Assembly (NCBI GenBank): GCA_951406725.2
Contig: OX597843.1
Coordinates: forward strand, 18,662,001 to 18,726,000
Length of the DNA stretch: 64,000 bases
Source of the DNA: Octopus vulgaris
Taxonomy: Eukaryota
Reading direction: 5' to 3'
Part shown: one piece after another, positions 53,110-64,000 of the stretch
How the letters are laid out: every line of letters begins with the position of its first letter
Position numbering within the stretch: the stretch's first letter is position 1
Notes under the pieces: model-generated
Told to the model about the DNA's origin: nothing
What the model saw: only the letters and a program-made list of their open reading frames with translations
Database searches by the model: none
Program-made: the position numbers and the translations under genes

Positions 53110-54060
53110 TTAATAAATAAATTAAACACATGCATATATATAAACATATATGTACGTACCTACCTCTACATGTACATATACACGCATATATGAGTACAGG
53201 ACACCAAAAGGACATCGATCACAATGAGAAACGAAAACATAGGCACAAACCAAAGGAACTGGACATTTTTTTAAAAACAGCAAAAAAAAATAGAGTACAG
53301 GGCAATTAACACAAAGAAAAAATCCCTTCTTCAGTCGCTATGGTTTCATCTACTCTACGTTTCGAAGGATAAAAGCGAGACGTATCTTCGACAAGAAACT
53401 TTCCTTCCTGCGAAAAGCAAATCAATTAAAATTCTGAGATCTTTTAGCAGAGGGGTAAAAAATAATAACAAAAGCAGGACAGTAACGACAGTACAAATTA
53501 TAAACAGTAAAAGACAGGACAAGGAAAAACAAGATAAGAAGGGCTGTTAACGCCGAACGAAAAAAAGTATTGCGAACGCGGAATTTTTTATGAACGACGA
53601 GCGGAGCAAAAAGAATGTCGTCCATTACCTTGAGAGGGCCATGCCAGAGAGACAGCAGCGGAAGTCACGTCGCGGGTGAACGACGGGAAGGAGGGAGGAG
53701 GAGCAAGAGAAAGGGAGAGAAGAAGGGGAATGGCTGCGAGGAAACCATGAAGAATGGAGAGGGGGAGAGTGAGAGTGAAGAATGAGAGAGAGGAAGAGAC
53801 AAGTTAAGTAGAGGAAAAGGAAATCAAAGAATGAAGGCTGAGAAATTGATGGGACAGAAAGGTTAAGAGTGCGCATCAAAGTTAATATCAAGAAAAAACT
53901 TGATATAAAGAACAATCTTACTTAAGGGGGTGCGTGCGTTTTGTCATATAATATATTAAGGAATAAATTAAACATATGCATATATATAAACAAATATGTA
54001 CGTACCTACCTCTACATGTACATATACACGCATATATGAGTACAGGACACCAACAGGATG
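53110..54060. mobile_element. Insertion with about 95-bp direct terminal repeats (pLTR-like, probably PLE-derived)
   Basis: About 53116-53212 matches 53962-54058 and it lies in (TA)n; absent from the paralogs at 7555-7655 and 52415-52495. Confidence 0.6.
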
Positions 54061-54230
54061 TTTATATATGTTTATATATATCAGTAGATAAAAAGGGAGG
54101 CTAAGAGAGATGGTGGTAGTGGTGGTGGGTGTGGTGGTAGTAAGTATTTTAAATCCCCTATCACCTGACGCATGATCAGAATTGCAATTCCATGAAATAT
54201 TCACACTTATATACAGTGTCATATGTACGC

Positions 54231-54272
<42 letters not shown>

Positions 54273-54289
54273 CAATTAAATATATATTA

Positions 54290-57200
54290 TAATGAAAGTA
54301 CCAGGAGTGTAAATGTACAATTGCGAAAGTGTGAACTGCACTTCAGAAGAAGGGATTATATAAGGCGTTACAATTTTTCCACAAACAGTGAAATAGCTGC
54401 ACCGTGAAAACAGAGACGTTCTTGTCTATCCATGGAATACACCTGCGGAGTGAATCGCGTAGACATTGTGCCATCTAGTCCCAATGAATTATCCACTTCT
54501 ATTCCCTCATGGAAATTCCGGATGGCACTGTGAGATTCTAAATGTGGCGAAACGCAGAACATCCGCTCGCAGACGACTTACGATGTAATTTAGGGTTGCT
54601 GATTGCCGTACCTTGGGGACCATCAGGCCCAGTTGCTCGTAGAGCAGTACAATGGGCTTATGGACTACCTGTAGAGAGGAGCTGATGAGAATGTTGAGCC
54701 AGGAGCTGTCCTCGGAATATGCATTAATATAATCAGGATGCAATGTCGATTGCATCAGAGTATGGTAAACCTGACTTAATTGTCACATATACATCCAACC
54801 CTAAGTGCCATGAAATAGAAAATAATATGCAGCGAAATGGGACACCAGGAAACTGACCAGATTTGGTTGCAAGAGTGTACAAGTTGCATCTCACTGAAAG
54901 TCTGAAGGATATAAAGGACAGACACGTATTTGATGTATCAATAGCTCATGCCCATGTCACCGAGTTTCAAAAGCGAAGGCTTCCACACTGCCATATGCTG
55001 GTAGACAAAGTGAAGATCAGAGATGATTTAGTTAAGAAATTCATGATACATGGCCTTTGTATGTAGAATGGCTCTTGCCCCAAAAGGTTTCCCAAGAACT
55101 ACAGAAATGAGATACTACTAAATGATAATGGATATCCATAGAACAGGAGGCGCAATAATGGGATCGCAGCACAAGTTGGACTCCACTCTGTTGAAAACAG
55201 CTATGTCGTACCATACAATGCTTACCTATTAAAGCAATTCCGAGCTCATATTAATATAGAAGTTGGCTCCTCTGTAAAAAGTGTCAAGTACATCTACAAA
55301 TAAGTCTACAAAGATCATAATAGCGATTCAATTGAAGAAAGGAATGATGCAATAGCAGAAAGCAAACAAATTCAGCAAAACCATGGCGAAATCAGAAATT
55401 ATTTTGTGTGTTGATACGTTTCACCTCCTGAAGCCATGTGGAGAATATCTCAGTACAAGCTGCATGACTCCTCTCACACTGTTTACAGACTACTAGTTCC
55501 ATTTGAAGACCGGGAGAGACTGTGCTTTCACAGAGGTAACACTCAGTAACCTACTCAAGAACAGAGATCGATCGTGACAATACATTCAAACTGAATGAGC
55601 ACGATGAAAATTAACGGAAATACTTGTGCCCTGACATTCCTTTACGTTATGTATTTGATGTACGTACAAAATCATGAACACTCAGGAGAAGAAACAATAA
55701 TATCGGCAGCAGATTGAACACAGTGAGTCCTAAGGACGCAGAAACATTTCATTTACGTTTGCAATTTCGGATGTTCCAGGCGCTAAGAGCTTTGAAGAAG
55801 TGAGCACTGTAGGAGGTGAAATCTATGCAACATTTAAAGATGCGTACATATGACTTGGTCTTCTCCAAAATTATGTGATGTTGGAGCATGCCATACTTAA
55901 AGGTGCTGCATACCGGATGGCATTTCAGCCGCGTATCACGTTCGTTGTCCTTTGCACCTATTCAAATCCTTCTAATGTCCTTCGCCTGAGGAACACTCAC
56001 AAGAATACCATAATAGGAGATTATGCTCAGTGAGGGTTGAATGCATACTCTACACTCTGTAAATTCTATGCAAATTGAAAATGTCATTAGCTGCCTTAAT
56101 ATTGGCTTGTCTGAACCAGTTCGAGTGTAACGGGTAGGGCATAAACATGACATGAACCACCCCGGCATTGCAACCGTTACCGATGAGCAGAGAGTGATCG
56201 CTGATGCAGTCATTGAAGACAGTTGATAAGAAAAGGTGAGGTGAGGTGCTGGAATGTTCCTGATTCTATGCAAATGTTCCTGGAGGTTGGGACAAGACTT
56301 ACATATTTCATACGCTGATCTCACATCTACGAAGGAGAAACTATCAAGTGGTGCGTGCAGAGGCATAGCTTCAACATTGATGTCTGGTGGAAAGACGGTG
56401 CACAGTTTGCTCAAATTGCCCGTTCCTCTGTTGGAAACTAGCTTTTGAAATGTACCACCCACCTCTGACCAGAAATTATTTGAGAAATTTGTATTTGATC
56501 ATTATAGATGAGGCTTCCATGATCCCTCTGTATGCTTTTCATGCTAATGACAAAGCTCTGAAAGAAATCACTGGCAACAATGAAGGTTTCGGTTGAAAAG
56601 TTGTGCTCATTGGTAGAGACTTCATGCAAGGTCTGCCAATATTGCCAAGAGGAACTCGTGAGGCAGTAATTCAGATCTCCATTAAGAACTCTCCTCTCTG
56701 GTTACAGTTCAGACATTTATATGTTGAGCCAAAATAGAGCAATAACAGATCGAAGACAATTCGCAACATGGGCACTGCAACTTGATAATGGTACCACAGC
56801 TCTTGTAAACCACACACCCACGACACATACAAATACCAAGTGAGACAGGTGATGATGTAAAAGTGCTACATGATTCATGCTTTAATGGGTCGCTGATAAA
56901 TGATGCTTTTTGGCAATGCCCCTCAAGAACAAAGAACAAGTAGAGTGATCCTCTCACCAAAAAGTTCCGACTGCTTAAAGATAAACGATGGGGTTATGGA
57001 TAAACTCCCAGGTGACCAGTGCTTTTATTACAGCATGGATAAGGTCTTCACAGATTACCTGCTGAAGCTGAGCGATATCCACTGGAATTTCTGATTTCAG
57101 GGACACCATCTGGAATGCCACCTCCTAGATTGCATTTGAAACCTGACTCCATAATAATGCTCCTGGGGAATATTTCAATTCAAAATGGTCTCTATAAAGG

Positions 57201-57552
57201 AACAAGGCTGGTAGTGGAGGCCCTCCATCAAATCTCGATTGAAGCCTCAATAATAAGTGGCACATTGATCGGGAGACGTATTCTCATTCACAGGATAAGG
57301 CTGGCACTGAGACACCTATTCCCGTTCGCTTGACATTTGCAATGACTATCAATAAATCACATGGGCAGACATTTGATAAACTGAGCGATCCTTGCCTGAA
57401 CCTGCGTATTAATGGTCAGCTATATGTTGTTTCCCAAGGGCTCACAAACATTATCTGATATTAAAGTTAAAGTTTTCAACACTAACAAACAAGGGAAAAG
57501 AAGAGGGAGAAGTTACGCGAACAACACAATCTGTAACGAAGTATTGGATTGA
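54290..57552 (+). pseudogene. Helitron family A Rep/Helicase pseudogene, C-terminal copy 2
   Basis: Paralog of 7850-10828 with YGKPDLIVTYTSNPK, VTEFQKRRLPHCHML, SVKYIYK, IIDEASM and FAMTINKSHGQTF. Confidence 0.92.
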
Positions 57553-59303
57553 AAGGTGTACGCAAATTGAAATATGTATAAGCTCTGATGCACCGCCTTT
57601 CTTATGAACTACCAACGATGTGGCTTTCAGACGATGCCATGTTGCATTAAATTTTCAACCCTATGTTTTACCTATAAAATCATTTTTTACTATAATATTT
57701 TTGTTTTCTTGACATGAATTTGTGGCCAATCTCCTCAATTCCAAAACACCATGTCAGGACAATTGTGTTTACATTTCAATGGGATTTCCCCTGGGACATT
57801 CTGGCAGCACTCCATTTTATTGGTAGCGGTTTTAGCTTGTACCATATTGTGGGATTTTATTTCTTTATCTTTGGAATTATCCTTCCGACGGATCTCATTA
57901 TACAGTGTCCTAGCTACATCATGTCACATCGGTAGATAAAATCATGATGACATTTTCGGACAACTGCTTTTAATATGGGTGATATCTTCGGTGTTACCGC
58001 CACGTAATCTGCATCGGCTGTCACGCTTTACTGTTTTGCCTGCATCTTTGTCCCTTTTGTGCATCAGGTATTTGGTTGATATTTTTTGTTCCTGGATTGC
58101 AAACGGATTCCCTTGAAAGTAGGAGATAGTAATCTGGTTGTTGGACCATGTATTTATGTATGTACGTATGAACCTAACTTTTATCTCTTCCCTGTCCTAG
58201 CCAGTAGACGGCGGCCATACTGGAGTATCACATTTTACTCGAACAAATCGAACTCATTACTTATTTTTATAAAGTTTGCTACTTATTCTATCAGTCCCTT
58301 TTGCTGAAGCGTTAATTTACAGTGACGCAAGCAGATCACCACCTTTGAGCTTGTGTTTGTCCCCTACCATCCGTTGACAATATATATGTATATATATCTA
58401 AAACATCAAATCCGTTCTGTCTGTCTGTGCGCTTATAACTCGAGTGTTTTTCATCCGATCGCACTGAAATTTTAAACATGGACACATGAGACAGCAGGAC
58501 GTTCTATAATCTAAAAAGATTTTCAAAATTGCTGGTTTCTAAATGAGAATCGCTATTTTGGTAATCTTTTCGTCCTGTTTTTCCGCCATTAAAAGCAACG
58601 AGTTTGTTCAGAGAGCCAGCACATACCATTTAGCTAGCAACAAGAGGAGTACATAATGACAGTCAGCCGTTTTGGCTGACTCTCTTCTTTCCTATCTCTG
58701 TCTCTCTTATGATGTCGAATACCACTTGAAGTTGTATATATATTGTGTTAAGATTCGTTTTCAACCATTTATCCTTATGGAGAAGAAACAGTCAAAAGTA
58801 ACCACCACATACAATAAATAAACATCTCCACTACTTTACACGGTCCAAGTTAACCTCTTCATTTTTGCAGCTGACATGAAAAACTACGCAAACAAGAGAA
58901 AAGATCGATTGCTATTAAAACAGGTAACATTTCGGGGTTAATAGCCTTAACCTTTAGTTACAGTTTGTCATTTAAACTACATAATAGGTAGCATTTTCGG
59001 ATTAAGACCGTAGGGTGTTTTGAGTGAGATTTGGCAGTTATTTCCCCTAGCTACATTGTAGCGGTCTGCTTCATTGGCTCATACATAAATATATACATAC
59101 ATATATACATAAAATCGAAATAAAATATTTAAAGCAACAGTCGTCAAATAGGAAAGCCAAGGTCCATGCAGTGTCATGGGCCAAAACAATTTCCAACTTC
59201 TTGCCTAATGCGAGCCCAGAGCAATCTTTTATCTCTTACACTATTTCAGTATTACGTCTGTATTGTAATGCGAGATAATACTTTCAGTTTGAAAGAAGCC
59301 TGT

Positions 59304-59345
<42 letters not shown>

Positions 59346-59437
59346 CACATTCAATCTCAAATGTACATATATATACACACACATGCATGTTTGTTCTCTA
59401 CACCACCTAACTTCGTCTTTTTTTTTAATTCTCGGTG

Positions 59438-59493
<56 letters not shown>

Positions 59494-59654
59494 ATAGATG
59501 TCCACTTCTATCACACATGTCTATACATCCATATATATATATATATTAACAGAATGAGATAAAAAAATTCAAGGGCGTGAATAGTTTTCAGAATATTTAT
59601 AAAGAGAAGGTCTTACAGCTGTTTCCGGGATATTTTATATATATCACTTCATTG

Positions 59655-61240
59655 GTGTATATTGAGTTTTATACGTTAGTATAGGTATGTGTGAGTGAGG
59701 TGGGTATTTGTATAAGTCGTGGGTCTGTGGTTTACGTGTGTGTACGTGTGTGAATGTTTAGGTTAGGGGGATTGCTATATAGGTTTGTTATAGAGTTTAG
59801 CAAAGGGAGATTTATCATTATATGTTTTTATGAGTTTTGGTTTATCATGGTGGTTTTATTAAGGAATTCGTAGTAATTTGTCTATTTACGATGTTTGTTG
59901 TTTTATTGCATTATTTCATTCATAATTTTTGAGTAGTGTTCGTTTTACCACGTGAATATTATTTTTAGTTCCATTTATTCCATTTCTCCATTCATAATTT
60001 TAAAAGATGTTCGTTTTCCAGAGCGGGAATACTTTTTATAAATATGTTAGGTTCCTTGGTAACGTAATTTTGTTTGGTGTATATGTTGAGGCTTATATGT
60101 ACTTGTGGGTGTGTGTGAGTGGGGTGGGTGTTTGTATTTGTTATGGGTGTGTGGTTTACGTGTGTGTATTTGTGTGTGAATGTATAGGTTAAAGGGATTG
60201 CTATATAAGTATGTTATAGGGTTTAGTAAAGGGAGGTTTTATCATTTATGTTTTTATGAGTTTTAATTTATCATGGTAGTTTTATTAAAGAATCCATTCA
60301 TAATTTTTTTAAATAATGTTAGTTTACCGCGTGAATATAATTTTTAATTCCATTTATTCTATTTCTCCATTCATAATTTTAAATGACGTTTGCTTCCATG
60401 GCGCGTATTCTTTTTATACATAAGTTATGTTCCTATGGTAACGTAATTTTGGTTTGATGTTTTTAACGGCTTAGAATTTAATTTCACTTCATAATTTGAA
60501 ACTGACTTGAAAGTATGTATATTATTTCTCCTTATGTCATATTGTTATTTTTGATATTCTGGTTACTTGCGATGTATTTTATATATCGTATTATGTGTAA
60601 TAATGTTGTTTTTCTTTGGAGTGTTTATGTATGTGGGATTATGTGTGAGTGTGTGCGTATTTTGGTTGTATAATTTGTTTATCTGTATGAGTGTGGGTGT
60701 GTTAATATTGTTGTATATATCGAGTTTAGTGAGTATGTATATGAATATGGTGTGTGTTTTACGTATGTATATTTGTGTGTGAATGTGTTTATGGGTTTGC
60801 TATATAGGTTTGGGGATGTATGTGTTTATTTGTCTGTGTGGGGTTGAGTGGGTTTTTGGAGTATATGTTGAGATTTATATGTATGTATAGGTATGTGTGA
60901 GTGGGGTGGGTATTTGTATGTGTCGTGGGTGTGTGGTTTACGTGTGTGTATTTGTGTGTGAATGTTCAGGTCAGGGGGATTGCTATATAGGTATGTTATA
61001 GAGTTTAGTAAAGGGAGATTTTATCATTATATGTTTTTGTGAGTTTTGGTTTGTCATGGTGGTTTTATTAAGGAATTCGTGGTAATTTGTGTCTATTTGC
61101 GATGTCTGTTGTTTTGTTACATTATTTCATTCATAATTTTTGAGTAATGTTCGTTTTACCAAGTGAATATAATTTTTAATTCCAATTGTTCCATTTCTCC
61201 ATTCATAATTTTAAATGATGTCCGTTTCTAGAGCGGGAAT
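59655..61240. repeat. Three diverged G/T-rich direct repeats of about 400 bp
   Basis: Units at about 59655-60075, 60076-60455 and 60860-61240 share ggattgctatata..., tttatcat... and ttctccattcataatttt. Confidence 0.75.
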
Positions 61241-61647
61241 GTGGGTTGTATGTGTGTGTGAGGGAGTATGAATAAGTATTGTGTTGAAGTATTTGGCTAT
61301 TTTATTTATTTATCGTTGCCTAGACGTTTTTATGTGTATGTATAGGGATATATATATAGGTGTGTGATTTAGTGTATGTATTTAGATATGGTTATATATA
61401 ATTAGTTATATGTGTATGGGTGTATATATAGTTTATTTTTTGTTTTGTTTTATATTTTATATTTTATATTTTATATTTAATTGTTGATAGGTTTATTTTA
61501 GTTTATATATTGTTTATATATTGATTATATATGGATTATATATAGGTTATATATAGATTATATATTTATATTTTTTTCATTAATACTTTAATTATTTTAA
61601 AATTATTATTTTTATATTTTAAAATATTGATATTTTAGATTGGAAGT

Positions 61648-61690
61648 CCACCTGAAGATTGTCGATCAGGACAAGAAACAATTGTAGTGG
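61648..61690 (+). ncRNA. Minimal type-I hammerhead ribozyme
   Basis: ccac-CTGAAGA-ttgtc-gatcag-gacaa-GAAA-caattg-TA-gtgg. Confidence 0.85.
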
Positions 61691-61874
61691 CGGTTTTTTT
61701 GACTTTTTATTAAAATTTTATGTATTGATTAAGTCTTTCCTTGTTTGTTTTGCAAAATAGTGGTTTTGTCTCTAATAATATTATATAATATTTTACTATA
61801 AAATTGGATTTAATCCTAAATCTGATTTTTTCCCTGTAAATTTGGATTTATTCCCTAATATTTATTATATATAC

Positions 61875-61942
<68 letters not shown>

Positions 61943-62062
61943 CGTATGCATTCCAAAACCGAATTACAGATTTTGACGTATGGGGTTTCATATGTTACAG
62001 ATAAATTCCTCTATTTACATAATACTGAGGTCCCATTCATTCATTTGTTGGCATACCGCTAC

Positions 62063-62126
<64 letters not shown>

Positions 62127-62289
62127 TGTAAGAGAAGGGTAATAATATCAAAGCAGATAGCGAATGGCAAGGCTGGATCCTTCAGATGGTAGGTTTTACG
62201 CTGAAAGTCCTTTAGGTCCCAACCGATGTAACAGTTTATTTTTTGGCAACGTAGATATACAGTCTAATAATGATAATAATGGGATTGAG

Positions 62290-64000
62290 TTTGTATATTC
62301 AAATTCTTAATTCTCTCTGTCTCTCTCTCACTCGTTCTTTCTTTCTTTCTTTCATTCTTTCTTTCTTTCTCTCTTTCGCTTTCTCTCTATATATATATAT
62401 AAATTGAAGATATATAAATTGAAGATATACTCGTTAAAATGTTATTTGCTATAAACATTTATATATGTATTTGTTAGGGATCTTTGATGATCTTACTAAT
62501 GGGCAGAAAAGACACATTAAACGTAGAAAAAAAACCCTATGAATAAATTATGTAAATGTCCCGCCCTGTGATTTTTATTTGTTCCTCAAGCTGAAGAAGT
62601 TGAAGGAGACTGTAACAAGAGTCCTGGAGACATTTCCTTTCAGATGAGATTTCAGCTTAGGTCTGTAGATTATTTTTCGAAAGCTGCACCGTGAGAGGTT
62701 CCTCAGTTTAATGTGCCCCTTGGTTATCCAAACGATAATCGATGCGAGATGAAGAACTGATTTTAGTATAAGTCATTTACGCAATTCGGTAGCTTAATAA
62801 CACCTACGTTTTCTAGGTCCGAAGACGTCAGTAGTAATACTGTTTGGAAACATGGTGGTTCTGTCCACTGACATGACACAAGTTCCTCTGCCAAGCATCA
62901 TGTCTATGTTACCGTTGGTGAATGAATGAGGTTCAAACTAAGACTACGCCTGTCATATTGTTTCCTATGGCTTCAACTCAATGCGTAAATTGAATGAAGT
63001 ATGGGTGTTATGTCTTGCCAAAGTGCAATCCATGTTTGGTCCAGTACAATGTTTTATCCATATTCAGCATACCCAAACCCTAACCCTAACCCTAACCCTA
63101 TATTTGGAGGCTGTTCCCCATTCTATCGTGTACAGTATACTCTCTCAAAGCACACATATTCATAGCTGGGCATAATTCGCTATGGATTATGACTTCATAA
63201 CATGCACCTTAATTTCACTAAGTGTTTTAGCTATCGAAGTAGTCGCGAGTTGACATTGACATCCTTTCGTATTGCCCACCCTTGTATCTAACTATCACAA
63301 CAAAGTCTCGGTTGATACATTATTTAAAGTTCAGTAGACTGATGCAACGTGAAATGAAATGACTTGATCTAAGTAATAACGTCACTCATTTCAGGAATTG
63401 ATCCCGGGATATTATTATCATCAGCTGAACTTCCAAAACAAGAATGCCATATAACTTCATACATGCTCCACCACACAATCTTCTTGAGATACTCCGACCA
63501 GAAATTGAAATCAAGCCCTCATATGCAACAAGCTATAGAAGAGTACCTCTCTATTAAATAATTTTGCTGAAATCAAATGTGGAATCCATTTTTTAGCATC
63601 ACATCTAGATTTCAAGATACCCAAACCCTCGATTTTCACTATTTTCCTCATATTTCAGGGAAATATATTGTGAAAGGTAGTACGAATGTCTATTATGGTT
63701 TATCGATTATTTTATTAAAGGTCTGGTGTAAACATGGGGTATGAAATAATGGCCGCAGCGAGCATTAGTCCCAGGGTATTTTAATATGAATGAACAGATT
63801 TTAGTTCAGCCGGAGAAAATCATCCAACATCCACTTCTTATCAAGGCAGATTGCAATTAAATACGATGCTGGGCTATTGAGCTTCAGCACTAAAGAAAAC
63901 CATTCAAACACAAATTCATGAAAAATAGGCATGAACAATAATGTAAACTGTCTGTAGAAATTTAGAGATATTGCTAGCTTTTCAGTAGAAGTTCAAAAAA
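62290..64000 (+). repeat. Paralog of 12815-14830 (unclassified repeat block)
   Basis: Collinear with that region apart from one deletion of about 270 bp near 62642. Confidence 0.85.

Noticed and set aside
63073-63100. (CCCTAA)n telomere-like repeat (also about 13957-13985)
   Set aside because: Only 2-4 units inside a duplicated block; not a telomere.

Overview
AT-rich, microsatellite-dense animal genomic DNA, probably a cephalopod such as Octopus (inferred from the SINE families and the (TA)n/(TATG)n/(GATA)n density). I find no intact host gene; the window is nested mobile-element debris. It holds four decayed Helitron Rep/Helicase loci in two families, Penelope-like (PLE) RT and GIY-YIG fragments, an RTE-clade LINE ORF2 pseudogene, and an internally deleted Ty3/Gypsy with LTRs and a TSD. 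It also holds mariner remnants, several tRNA-derived SINEs and an ORF1-only zinc-knuckle retroelement that may be HAL1-like. These parts are arranged as a mosaic of large internal duplications, with one 1.5-4 kb non-coding module recurring six times. The most striking signal is a set of small non-coding fold-back elements inserted into (TA)n tracts. Each carries a minimal type-I hammerhead ribozyme motif (CUGANGA...GAAA...UH), often with a palindromic stem III. There are five loci with an intact core and several decayed ones, belonging to at least five unrelated sequence families. All alignments were done by eye, so boundaries are approximate.
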